Source: Dicyema japonicum
Taxonomy: Eukaryota > Animalia > Dicyemida
Length of the DNA stretch: 64,000 nucleotides
Assembly: GCA_011109175.1 (NCBI GenBank)
Contig: RDEW01000003.1
Span: 186,001 to 250,000 of the forward strand
Reading direction: 5' to 3'
In this document: positions 25,081 through 37,954 of the stretch, piece by piece
Position numbering within the stretch: position 1 is the stretch's first letter
Layout of the letters: each line of letters opens with the position of its first letter
Program-made: the position numbers and the translations under genes
The notes under the pieces: generated by a model
What the model saw: only the letters and a program-made list of their open reading frames with translations
Databases searched by the model: none
Told to the model about the DNA's origin: nothing

Positions 25081-25826
25081 TTATTTAGCAAATTCTGTGA
25101 CAAATTGGCTATTAAATTTGTTAAATCGTGCAGGCCTATCACATGCAGATTAACTTATATGAATTTTTCGCTGCTATCTTTGCCGTGGCCTCGAAAAGTT
25201 TTTCGATGCCGACATTTTTTAACGCAGAACATTCGAAATGACTCAGTAAAAAAACGTCAAACCTTACAGCACCGATTTTTCTGGCAAATTCTAGGCCCTT
25301 TTCTTCGGGGATGACATTTTTATGCAGTTCTAAAATATCACGTTTGTCAATTTTGTTAGCCACGAGTAAAATGGGGACATTCGAGCAATATGAACGGATT
25401 TCGGGGACCCATTTAGTCGCTACGTTGCAGAGACTGAGAGGTTCATCCACTGCGTAGCATATTATGACCACGTCAACATCAGAATAACAAATTGGTCGGA
25501 TCAAATCGTAGTCGTCCTGTCCAGCAGTGTCCCAAAGGGAGAGCTCAATCTGAGATTTATTAAAGGTGTAACTTTCGTGTTGTTAGAGATCTCAATTATT
25601 GATGCATATGTTTCAAATATTGTTGGGGTGTACGTTCGTGGGAAGGTCCCTTGTGTGAAGACCGTGAGAAGGCAGGTTTTTCCGCAATATCCATCCCCGA
25701 CGACTACAACCTTTTTCCTGTTGGGTCTCTGGACTTTCCCAAATCCGAAAAAACAGTTTCCCCTTAATTTTAGTGTGTCTAAACAACTATATAGTAATGT
25801 TTAAGCGCTTTATATAAATTGTACAT
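25081..25826 (-). CDS. RhoA-like small GTPase
   Basis: [50 protein letters not shown] and HFECSA. Introns at 25550-25572 (23) and 25242-25262 (21). Both ends are uncertain: the stop is at 25139, or at 25081 if 25136-25154 is spliced, and the ATG at 25826 needs a GC-AG intron. Confidence 0.9.
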
Positions 25827-26045
25827 TTTAGTAAAACTTTGTGTATCAATTTATAATAATTCTTTAAAATTAGATATTTTAAATTATTGCATTAAAATAA
25901 AATGAAATAAATATTTTAAATTACTATTTTTTCTCCTCTTCTTTCTTTATGATTCCGATGAGCTTGAACTGTTAGCGTGCGTCATGTGGTTCACCATATC
26001 TGGAGTCGCCAAGATATAATCCTAAAATATATCTAAAAAGGACCA

Positions 26046-27010
26046 TTAGTCAACAGCCATCAAAAGGAGTTCCCATGGATGGCACATCCTTAAGTCCGAA
26101 CATGGAAAGACTTCTGAGGGAGGCTGGGACCACTTGAGTTTTTCATTTTGTCTATGGCTGTGGTTTTCTGGTTCAATAAATTTAAAATTTATGGTAATTT
26201 TTATATGATAATTTTTATAAGCCAATTCTCTAATTAATTTTCCGATATAAATCATTTTAGGGACTTAATATGACGAAGTGGTGGTCAGAAGGTTGAGGTG
26301 GTGACGTACTTAATTGCACGCAATACATGCATAGCTTCATAATGGATGAAATGCTTTATCTCCTTTTTTCACATGAGCACGGACAGGAAGTTATTGTGTC
26401 TGAAGACATCAGAAATTATAAATTCAGAGCAAAGGATGCCCTAGGACCCATTATTACAAATAAGGTATTTTCGAGGCTTCTTGTAACACAAGTCCTGTCA
26501 CATATTTGACTCTCCAATGAGAACAGAGAAACTGTGGATCGGTACGTTGAATAATTTATCTCCTTCTTCAATAAAATCATATTTGAAAGGTAGGGTCGGA
26601 TTCTAACATTGGAGCTTCTTCTTTCTAAGTACTCTTTATCCAATTCACTAGTTCTTTCGGGCTTCCTGACAACTGTATTTTTTAACACTGTCAAGACTTA
26701 TGAAATTCAAAGACATTTGGAATCTCTGGCATTACATAGCTCGTATTTGAAACAACCAATTAGTATGGTGGGGGAAATTCTTTAATAAGCCACAAGTTCG
26801 TTATCATCTACCCATCGCTACATTCGTTATAACAATCTCCGAGTACTTCACTCGGATTTCGATTACCTATGATTGTCCATTCCTAAAGGAGGACAAATTA
26901 AATTCCTTAATGAAAGAGGTTTTATCTGTCTCCTTGAATTCAAACCGGAAAACCTCATGACCTTTTCCCATCACTCTGACATTCTTCAGGGATTTCAGTC
27001 CACATAGTAG
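26046..27010 (-). mobile_element. Degraded Gypsy-like pol (RNaseH/integrase) remnant
   Basis: EINYST (RNaseH-like) and HPWELLLMAVD (integrase-start-like) fragments. Confidence 0.45.
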
Positions 27011-27726
27011 ATTCGCAAAATTGGTATTTCACATACTTTTTCCGATATCTAAAAGCTAAATGGTTAGAACACTCGTCTTTTATCTCTTCCTTTATTTCTG
27101 GTAGCTTTGGGTCTTTTCTTTTTTGCTGCGAGGTTGCTTCGGACTTCTTTTAAGCTTGTACTCCTGTATTCTCGAGTTTTCCTTTCTTAGTTGTTACCGC
27201 TATTTTTGATGGAATTTTGCCACCACATCAACGACAATTATATAATCCCCGGTTTCTAATCTTATAAAAATAATAAATAAATAGAAACTCAGTAAATAAT
27301 GCGATCTCTTAGTCCTAGTAAAGGTTTAAATATATTGGTCCGTAGCATTGTTACTAATTTCACGTATTCCATGGAAATGCAGTAACCACGATAGAAAAAC
27401 AAAAGAACAATTCGAGTTTAATAATTGTCTATCAATCAAAAAGGATCCTTTCCGTCTCCTTTGTCTAGGCTAACAGGTTCAAGTATGGAGGAGTATCTAG
27501 CAGACTCCAGAACTCGCTTAACAATTCAGTTCATCACCTTCCTGTACTTCTCCTTCGTTTTAGGAATCGTCCTGTACTTCTTCGACGCACGCTAATTAAG
27601 TGAATTAGGAACGAACAAAACAGAAACTTCAATCAAAAACTAATTAAAAAATAAAAAAAATAAATTTTTTTAAAATAATCAGTTATTCTCGTTTTAATGT
27701 TCGTTTTGATGTTTCTACTAACATCA

Positions 27727-28180
27727 GTTAGTTTGTTTAACCGTGGTCTCTGGTGTTATTATTATCAAAGTGATTGAAGACATTTAAGTTAACTTCATCC
27801 TTCTGTTTGAAGTACTTCCTCAATGTATAGACAGCATTCACTGCATCGTAGTCTAAAACGACTTGTTCATTCTTTTGTTCTCCATCATTAATGCATTCAT
27901 CTCTTGGACAAATGTCTTGAAGATCGAGGCTAGCCAGAAAAGAGCCTTCAAAATCACGGAACGCTGGATTTCTGGAGAGTTCCAGCCACCAATACCTCTT
28001 GAAACCTTGATACAAATGAACCATGAAACGCGCCGTCGTGAAGGTTCACTCACTCGACCGATACGTCCTTGTGTGGGGTCGAGGGAGGAGCATCGGCCAA
28101 GATGAGGTCATTGCTAGAGCGTGCTGGGATCACGTGATTAGTTAGTTTTGTAACCGTGGTCTCGGGTGTTATTATTATTG
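27727..28180 (+). mobile_element. Tandem 3' ends of a non-LTR family with a TTAG tail
   Basis: An approximately 45-bp direct repeat TTAGTTAGTTT..TAACCGTGGTCTC.GGTGTTATTATTAT at about 27727 and 28138. The coding end KMRSLLERAGIT* is shared with 34395-34680 and 50215-50295. Confidence 0.6.
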
Positions 28181-28189
28181 TGTCTTCAT

Positions 28190-28620
28190 CATTTTCATCC
28201 AAATTTTCAAGGATTTCTTCATTCTCTGTATACCCATAGAAAAGAAACTCATTTTCTCGAATTAGATCATTTATTTGCGGTCTTTACACGGATTCTTGAT
28301 AAGTTTCAGGCGAAAGCTTGTCATTAATTTTTTCAATAAAATTTTGGGTCCATTTTGCATGTTGAAAAAAGTATTGTTGTACTATTTAGATTATAGCATC
28401 CTTAAGACTTTTTCTTTACATGTCTCGGATGATGATTTCCCGAGTTGAATTTTTTTCTTTCAAAAAACTTGAATTTATCGAATAGCGTCTTGAATGTCTT
28501 AATGACTCCTTGGTTCATCGGTGTAAAAAACTGGATTTTAATCGATAAATTTTATAATTTGGAGTTTTTCAAAATTTTTTAATCTTGTACAACGACGTTT
28601 TATTAGACCAACAACACAAA
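28190..28620 (-). mobile_element. pogo/Tigger transposase fragment
   Basis: PMNQGVIKTFKTLF matches the QPMDQGVI motif. Confidence 0.55.
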
Positions 28621-28774
28621 AAATGATAATGTCTCGTGTAGAAGTATTTTCGAATTAAAAAATAAAAATAATTAAGAAAATAAAAAAAATTATTTTTAAA
28701 AATGCGGCGGATTCGTGAGATTTTACTGTATATTTGTTGATATTTCTTATTTTTCAATATTAGTCTTATAAATA

Positions 28775-28847
28775 CCCTGGAATCTCAGCTGGTCAGAGCG
28801 TCGTGCTGATAACACGAAGATCGTGGATTCGAATCTCTATTGTGACA
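28775..28847 (+). pseudogene. tRNA-Ile-like pseudogene with anticodon GAT
   Basis: D-arm CTCAGCTGGTCAGAG, perfect anticodon stem TCGTG/CACGA around CTGATAA, and T-loop TTCGAAT. The acceptor stem does not pair. Confidence 0.65.
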
Positions 28848-28909
28848 TTTAAACTACTATTTTATTAATTATTTCAGTGTTATATAATGGGAACAAAAAT
28901 TTAATTGTA

Positions 28910-29510
28910 AAGATCCTGACGGAATCACAATTTTCCCATTCGAAAAAGGGAAACCTTTGGTCTGGGATGCTACTAGTGTCGACCCAGTTTGCCCATCCGA
29001 CATTCTCGGGAGCGCGGTAGACACACTACATGCCGCGGAAAAAAACAATGAGGGCAAAGGAGAAGAAATACGAAGCCCTACGAGACCGATTCGCGTTCTA
29101 TCCAAATGTGGTCTGGACAACTGGGTGGAATAAGTTGAAAATCGCTTTGCTTCTTAAAGAAACTTGGACGCCTAGCTACACTAAAAAGCCACGACGCACG
29201 TGATTTCTGTTGCAATCGTGAGAGGCAACGAAACGTCGGTACCACTTTGGATGTATGACTGCGTTAATTAATTGTTAATTTTCAACAAAATATTGCCTCG
29301 GGGATCGCTACCGATTACTCCTGTTGCGACCGAATCATCGGGAGCCGTTGGTCTAATGTCTAATGACGGCTGAGTTCTCGCGAGAACTCGAAGGAATGCT
29401 TGCCAGAAAGAAAAGGGATCAACGAGAAGGGTTATGGCTAAGACAAAAGATTGGAATGGCCATACTCCGAGGAACTCGTTCGCAATCCACGCAGCTGGCT
29501 TCCTCAACTG
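28910..29510 (+). mobile_element. CRE-like endonuclease fragments (two)
   Basis: PDGITIFPFEKGKPLVWDATSVD, then WLRQKIGMAILRG. Confidence 0.7.
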
Positions 29511-30720
29511 ACATTTGTTTAATTGTTAAAACTTTCCTGTTATGTGAAAGACATCCTTTTCCGTTGGAGAACAAATTCAGTTACTAAACTTATAAATCAG
29601 AATGACTGGTTACTCATCTCTTATGAATGCCCTGCAGAGTTAAAATTTTGAATAAAATGAAGCATCGGATGCACAATCGTATGGATTCGAATCCCGTCAA
29701 TGTCTATATTGAAGAATGACATGCGAATAATTGTTACCTAATTGTTACTCAATTTTTAAGAGCCAATAAGAGTTTGAACGCTTTCCACAGTCTGAGGAGA
29801 GATAATATTCTGGAGGCGTGTATGGAAAGATGCCCTAATATTTTCAATATGGTGAATCACTAGACATTTCTCTCTGTGCATATCTCTCGTCACTTATTCC
29901 CTTGTTAAGAGGACTCTACACTCTTTCCACGAATTCTCTACTGACCAGGACGTTAATCATGGACATAAGGCCTTTTTCCTCACCTATTACCTAAATTTGA
30001 GCATCGACATCACTTATTTATAAAAAGTTGAAAATTCAAAATAAGTTATGTGGCAACTTTATTTTTTCCTTTTAGTGGCGTCTTGTACATAACTCATGAG
30101 ACGCCCAAAGCCTAGTCGACAAAATCATAAAATTGATTGGACTGGGGAACCAAGATCATACAGGCCCTCAACTCTTCCTTTATTTAGACATTTTGGTCTC
30201 TAATGTCTCCTTTCCCTCGTCTATGCTCACGAAAAGAATGAAGACAAGAGCTTTCATCCACTATTAAGCTAAACAGACATGATGCAAAAAAAGTCACCAC
30301 CTCAACCTTCCGAATGGCCTACACGTATGAGAGCTTGTATTAAAGCTCAGAAAAGACTAGATTTGAAAAATTTTAAATTAGCATAAAAACTCGCGCCACG
30401 TCGAAAAGTGGACTCAAGTATGAATCATCTAAGAATTATTAGAATTTGCAGGTGCCTGCCCAAAGAAAAGTGCTATTTGCCAGTTATCACTAACAAATTG
30501 TAAATCTTAAAGAATATTCGATAATTTATGGCTGATAAGGGTTACTATCACAGAGTTAAAAGGAAAGAGAAAATTTCGACTAAGCGATCCAATGCTGACA
30601 GGAGGTATCAAGGTCTATCGTATAACTTCCGAATGGTCGGAACTAAACTGTATATAAAAAGACTAAACAATTTCAACAAGCAAAACATTTTAAGAAATAA
30701 CAACAAAATTAACTCTAAAC

Positions 30721-31123
30721 TCATATGTTCTCCTGTTCATCATCTGTGATGATCATATCTGTGGGAAAAAGGGGAGAATCTGGTCCATCAGTAAATTCGG
30801 CGATGGTGGAAGCGGGATTTTTAAATTCATTGTTCACCTCTTTGATAAGTTCATCCAATGAAGCGAATTCCTCATCCAAAGTGTCCCAAGGAGATTCCTG
30901 GGACAGATAGCAATTTGGATGATTTTCCATTATTTCAATTGAATTGTCGGTTTCTTTCCCCCCAGATATTTCCTTAGCAGAGTTGTCCTCATTTTCCATA
31001 ATTTTAGGTTTCGAATAACGTTGTTTGTCCTCATTATGCGATTCTTCTTTGATATTTTTCTAAAAATCAACCATTTAACCGAATTACAGATATATTTTGA
31101 CTACTTCGATAAGTGGAATCCAT
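30721..31123 (-). CDS. Hypothetical acidic low-complexity protein (about 124 aa)
   Basis: An ATG exon (MDSTYRSSQNIS) joins in frame through a 28-nt GT-AG intron (31060-31087) to ORF 30721-30999. The upstream region is AT-rich, as for the other host genes. Confidence 0.55.
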
Positions 31124-32779
31124 TCACGAAACAAATAATAAATTGCGCAAATCTATTATTTATTAAAATAAAAAAAATTATTATATGTTGAATAATTGAT
31201 TATTAAATATATTTATTTATTATTTACCTCTGTCTCGGAAAACGCGGAAGTCAAGGACAAGACTTTCTCTCTTGACGTTTAATGTCAGGGAGTTCTCTAG
31301 TACCTGGAAAGGGAGAGAACTTTGTGAGGACCTTTCAAGATACGAAGTATCGTTCGAATGTCCTCAAAAGTTTGGATATATACTTCGTCTGTACGTGGAG
31401 ACTCAACGAACGTGGGACTTCTTTGTTATGGACGCTCCGCGTTTCCTTGGTCGACCAATGACAACCATACCAACCGTCCTTGGTCGTTAAGACCTTGACA
31501 GGCTACAGGCCATGCAAAGAGTTGTCAAAAATGGAACAAGTATCGGAGGCAACATGTCATCCATCCGTCCAGAGAGACGCATAGTGCCTGACTGGCATAC
31601 AAAAAGGATCTCGCTCTACTCCACCGAAGAGGCTCCCACATTGACGGTTATTTTAACACTTACTTTAACAGCCTTTATTTTAACAAAGGAATTTAGATAG
31701 GGTATTAATTGACTTCTCATCACGAGTCCTGCAATAGCTTGTACCCTATTCTGCGCTCTCAGACCCCTCTTATCGTTTATTCTATGCTGCAACAAAAGAG
31801 TCAATGATGGCATCTCTTTTTAGGAAGTTTGACATCTCTGCTTCATCTCTGATCGACATTACTAACAAATCTTCATCTAACTTCTCGTCGAACCTTTCGC
31901 TCAGGGAAATCTTGATCCCTGCTCTCCTCGATATTTCAAGAAGCAAGATAAAACTCTTCGTATGCAGTGTAATTTTTTTATTGACGGATATTGATGGACG
32001 TGATTCTTATAAAAGATGCGTCTCATTTTGACCTTGTGAGCTGGGATTAGAAGATTGGTTAACATTAAACTTGGGAGATAATGTGTCAATTGATCTAAAG
32101 GAAGAGAAAACGGAGAAGTAGCGGGTTAATAGTTAGTTGGTTAGTTAATATCACTCCCACGTTACCCATAAGCATATGAACACTTAGGGCTCTCCTTGTT
32201 ATCCGTTATACCAGCAGGTTGATAACGTTTCTAATAAAAAAAGGTTGCGGGTGAAACGTTAAAAAGTTATAAACTCAATTTCTAATGGAATCTTGATTTT
32301 TCAGTGGAAAAAAGTCATGTCAAATCAACGTTTTAACTATTTTGTCTTTCTATTACGTTCCAACAAATCAATGAGTAAATTAATTATTCATATTGATTTA
32401 CATGAGTGCATTTTTGGATGGATTTGAATCATATTTCTTTATATTAAAAAACAACATTTCCGTCGACGCTCGACAAAAAACTCACTTGCATAGAAAGAAA
32501 GCTGAAAACAGGAGAGGATCTGGATGATCTGAGGGCGGATGCGAGAAACAGGGGAAGATGGAGACGACTTATAGCGCGTATCTAGAGATGCATGACAAAA
32601 GTGGAATCTCAAATTAGTTAACTTTTCTGGTTCCGCGGACATTGCTAGTGATAATCATATTGATTTGCATGATTACATTTCCAATTTATTTCATATCTGG
32701 ATTAATGTCAGAATTTAAGAGGAAAGAGGATTCATTGGATATCAAAGAGCAAATAGTACGAGAACATCAGGGATATGGA

Positions 32780-32995
32780 AAGCGCTAGAAAACTTGTGCA
32801 TATATATCAATTTTGAGACGTCTGGTTCCCTTGCGCCTGCGACGCAGGAATTCTAGGGAATCGGATCGCTACACGAAAAGGAGACCCTTGTGAGCGCTGC
32901 TAATTATTTGAGCGAATCTCGCTATTCTGAGAGGGAATAGCCACACAGTCAGTGCAGCCGCTAACCGTTTACTCTATTTTCTTTCTTCAATAAAA
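32780..32995 (+). mobile_element. CRE-like element 3' end
   Basis: Matches 24371-24540 and 43010-43200, and ends in AATAAA. Confidence 0.7.
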
Positions 32996-34394
32996 TGAAT
33001 AACTTTGTCAAAAAAATCAATTTTCAGATTGCCTTTTCTTATTTCTGCTACTCATTAAAAATTGGAAAGCCATTCTGTCAAGATTTTACGAGAGAATATG
33101 ACTCATAGTTAAACGAATCATCATGATAATATAAGTAATCAATAAGTACAAAAGAATTAAAGGACGTTATTACCAGAATAAGATAATTTATCAGGTATCT
33201 TGAGAGGGTTAGAAAAGACAGATGTTCCTTGAATTTACCGAAGATGAATTAGGCTTTCGATGTGGTGTATTTGTCTTCTTAGAGTATCATGTACATTGTC
33301 CTCCAATGGTGCTGTCGTCTAAGTACCAAACGTTTATCGGCGTAGAAAAAGGTCTTGTTACTGAACAGAGCAGTCTCCATGCTGGAGTCTCGAAATGAGA
33401 AAATAATGAATTTACCATGTGTCAGCATTACTTTTTCCCACAGGAAGAATATACATAGTCGTATATTGAATGGCAGTACATGAACCAATCCCCCAAGATT
33501 ACATTACAGAATATGCAGTTTTGATATCGATCTGAGGATGATGGTGTGCATATGCCAATGGTGACCCTTGACTACAACCAAATTTACTAAAAATTGATAG
33601 ACTAGTTAGTTAATCCCTATGGAATACGAATTTGATTTTTCCGAAAATTCTTTGCGTTGTTGAGAAATCGTATTTTTACCACCTTAAAATCAACAGGTAC
33701 TATGTTTTGCCTGAGGTCAACGAATGACTTGTATTTTAAAATTTGAAAAGAATTGACCGAGGATCACCATGGCATAGTCACACCATTGGACCGTGACATA
33801 ATATAAGGAGTACTATTGTAGTGTTGTACGAAATTCCACGCATCATAATTGCCGTTTTAAAACCTCCCGAGTGCGACCCCAACCTGGGCTTGCTGTAAAT
33901 ATTCGACAAGCCTGGGGAGAACTGCAGTGCCATCCAATTTTGACGTTAAGCGGCGGAACCCATCGCAATGGTTCGGATTCCTCTTCCTTTTTTTAAAACC
34001 CAGAATATGATGTTCTGGGAGTTTCCTGGAGAGAGTTCTGTTAATTAGTTTGGTGATTGACGAGACAAGTCGGATTCCAGAGCTGCCTGTGTTATGAGAA
34101 ATGAGGTCATTCGAGTGCCTGGTCTTTGAATAGATTCTCAAATTTGGGGCAGACTTGATTCGAACTCACTTTGATGCATAAGGTGATTCTTTGTGTTTGA
34201 AAGTTTGCGTATCCAATGATTCAAGAGTCCAAGAAGGGAAACAAAAAGCTACATCCATATTGAGGAGATGAAGACATCGAATGTGCTAGCCATAGTGCAC
34301 CAGATCTACCTCATGGACTCAACTATCAGACCAATTCACACACTATCCGGTCATTGGAGGAATTAAGTAGAGTTAAATAAGGACAGTTTATTTA

Positions 34395-34680
34395 TTTAAC
34401 ACCCAAGACCACGGTAAAACCAAACTAACTATCACGTGATCCCGATGCGTTCCACCAAAATCCTCATCCTTTTCCGGTGCTCCTCCTCGTGACCACACAA
34501 GCTCGTACAGGGCGACTGACTGTGTTTGCAGGGCCACCTTCTTGCATGCCGGAGTTTAGTTTGATGAGGGCCTCCAGAGTAGTCAGTCCGGTTCTGTGTC
34601 TCCCACAAGTCCACCGCTCCGTGAATCTGAAAGCCTTCTTTTGTACGTCTCGATTTTCTTGGTATTCGTCATGATAATGA
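34395..34680 (-). mobile_element. Non-LTR 3' end (same family as 27727-28180)
   Basis: QKKAFRFTERW...RMRILVERIGIT* followed by TAGTTAGTTT...ACCGTGGTCTTGGGTGTT. Confidence 0.6.
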
Positions 34681-37600
34681 AGGTCCCCACGAAGCACACG
34701 CGTACGAGAAGCATGGTTCAATGAATTGTTTGTAGATATTAATCAAGACCGGGTGGGTAAGTAAGGACAGTTGAAATAACAGGTCCTCTTTCGAAAGGTC
34801 TGAACTCTACACTGGATTCCTCTACAGCCATTCAATCCACAGTAAACAGGACATACAAAGGAAGATCAACCATTCATACGGAAGGATGCTATTTAAACTC
34901 TTCTGAGCTACACCAGATATACATCGGGGATGTCAAGGTCGCCCTTTTTTGTCCCTTGCAACGCCAATTACGTTTCGAGACAAAATTAGAAATTTCATTT
35001 TTCCTTCGAAAAGGGGGAGGGGGACCGATGTCAAGGTCGCCCTTTTTGTCTCTTGCAACGGCAGTCTCACTCTGATTTATAGTGATAAGTTGAGCAAGTT
35101 GTTTCTAGTACTTAAAAAAACCTATTAGCAGTAAAAAATTATTAATTTTAGCAAATTAAGAAAAATTACTTTGAGGTACTCTAATGCACCAGTACCCTCC
35201 ACAGCCGGTGTTATGATAATTTTTGGATGGATTTTGAAAAGTTTATTGACTAATGCAAGTAAAACATTTAGTTTCTGTAGGCCCTTTGTGAGGATTTACT
35301 TGACATGGTCGGGAACTTCAGCCTGTCTTACGTTACCCCAAGAATTGTGAGAGAACTCGTTTCAGGAAACTTGCAGAGGGCCAATGACAATTCTGGGTTT
35401 TTTTTTGCATCGTCGGTTCGAACTAGTTGCTTTCCTGTTGCGTACGCTTTTGGTAGTTACTTTCCTGTTAGGTTTACAGCACTTGATGGTATCAGGGGTA
35501 AATAGATATAGGGTTTCCCGGCCATTGACGTCACTTTTCCATTGGTTAAGGGTAAATATATTTTTTGGATAAAATAACATCTCAATCCAATTGAGAAGGT
35601 GGAAAATTTGTTTCCAGAGGAGGGAATGAAAATGATAAAAATTTATTGAGTCTAATTAAGAAAAAAATTGAAAGTAAAAAGGAAACAATTTCCACACACC
35701 TCTATTATTAAGCATGGCTCTTAATGAGTACTGGTCGTCAAGGATTCGAAAGTAGACAAAATGATTGTTACCTAGATGTTTATCTAAGAAATTACCATGG
35801 AATAATTTCTTTACTTTTTTGTTACATATGTTTTAATTTTTTGGGTTTTCACCAATAAAAAATTTATCTGTTATTGGATGTGTCAATATGAATCTGAAGA
35901 AGATTAATGTCTTTCATGCAACAGTCTCTAGGGTTCTTCAAAGGTTCTCTAAACCGCTATGACCAACTCATTTAGAGGATCTTTTGAGGAGAAAGAAGCC
36001 CTATTGACACTTCCGACATACAGGAAGTGCGTTGGTTTTCGGGACGATCACAAAGCGAAGAACGACGAAATAAATTTATTGCATTTACAGCTGTTTTTAA
36101 AATTCGATCTGCATTTCCTTCAATCCACCATAACTGTTTTTTGTGTTTATATTTTTACACTTTTCGAGTTCCCCGTTAGCACATTTTTCATAGTTCACTT
36201 CTGAGACAACACGCAAGCTCATAACCTGACAGTGTATGCAACTTCCTACCATCAATAAGGCGATTTGTGGGAAATGATTTATCTTCACAATTAACACTGA
36301 GTTGGTGATGGTTCCGGTTAAACAATTTACTTAACGGTTTGGAGATACGACGGCCTGTATCGCCCTGTGAAATGCTCCTTTAGGTTTGAGTCCCCAATGT
36401 TATTTCGTCATAGTTCAGCCAGATTCACCACTCATTCATATGACTATTCACAATGCTCATGAACCAGAGAGGGATTTTAGACTTGCTTATTACCACACAC
36501 TCTTTAATATATTGAGTACGGTCGCATGAGCAGAAAGATCTTTTAATATTACAAAGTCCACCCAGAACTAGAAAACGTATCAAATCCTTACAGCTGTGGA
36601 AACCCCTCCAATGGAAGGAGACTGAATGATTTTTTGCACAGACGTTATCCGAGAGAGATGGATCACATGGTGCACCTACAAGTTCTTTCAATCTGAGTCA
36701 GACAAGATTTGAGCATACACAACATAGTTTTATTTTAAAATCGAATGACAATTATTTAAGGAGACCACCTTAAGCCTGGGGGTTCAACTTATTTTAAAAT
36801 CTCCCAAAACATGGTGTCTATAATACATAAGGTTACCAATCCAAATTTCAATTTATTTTATTTATTTAAAACCAAGAATCACAACAAAATAAAAGCGAAT
36901 GGAGGCATAGGGTGATCCCGGCATCCTTAAGCAGCCATCTCATCGTTTCTTGGCATTCCTCCTGAGAGCCGGCACAATTCCTGTATGGATGATTCACTTT
37001 TCGGAAATTTGAAGGTTCAAACGAGTTCCTGTTCACAAGTTCCTCGAACGGATTGGCATTGGTGGGATGAGAATTTTTGTAGACTCTCGTGACTGTTTCT
37101 TGGAAGGAATTGATTATCTTTAGGTTCGTATAAAGTATCAAAGTAGTGTTTTTACAAATTTAGCTTTCGTTGGGAGGAGGAAATGCGTTGATTACGTGTT
37201 TGCTGAGTCATAAGAAGGTAGTGTGTAATCCCCAGTATTTTGATAGAGTTAATGGAGGCTATTGAGATTCCATATAGGAAAAGAAAGGTGCCGAGTTTAT
37301 TAGTCTTTTGTTTGAAGTAAAATTATTTCAGGACTTGTGTGTAATGGGTTACTCGCAAGTCAACAGCTCAGGTTGTCCAGTAAATCTTGTAAGCGGGTAC
37401 CCGCTGTGTTAATAGTCTCTTGTTGCCAGGATTATGGTTAGAGATGCAATTTTTAAGGAAGCAATCGTAAGATCGTGAGAGAACGTCCTGTCGTGTGTCT
37501 GCAAAGAGTCCTTGTATTGAATATAGGGTTGTTTAATACCAAAATAAAGTGGATTCCTCTGGCGTCTCCCGACTGGTTTTTGAACCATATCGGATGCTTC

Positions 37601-37954
37601 GCGTTCAGGTCTCCACATAGCATGTTATTGGTATATCGACATCTGGCAGTGACAAACTGAATCCTTTGGGGGAAGAAACTGGAAATACATGTTCAATACA
37701 ATGTGGTATTTAAATTGTGATGTATTTAACGGGAGGCGGAAAGTGGTTAGTAGTTATTTCCTTCTTGATAAGTGTAGTAACTCCACTATCACGACCAGAA
37801 TGGTGGTCACGTCGAATAATGTTGTAACCTGGGAAGGCTAAAGTGGATGTAAAGAAGACAGTCTTGTTTCTTGAAGTAAGTAAATATAACACGTCAACAA
37901 TGTCATTTTTATCAAAAATATCAAAATTAAAACATAAATAAACAATAAAAATAA

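Noticed and set aside
27727-28180. LTR pair or TRIM flanking a short ORF
   Set aside because: The repeats lack TG...CA, PBS and PPT, and correspond to a retroelement 3' tail also seen singly at 34395.
34929-35060. Approximately 33-bp direct repeat GATGTCAAGGTCGCCCTTTTTGTC.CTTGCAACG
   Set aside because: There are only two copies, probably transposon subterminal sequence, and no function can be supported.
35900-36760. Possible Cys-rich gene or DBR1-like fragments
   Set aside because: No consistent spliced frame or convincing motif could be built.
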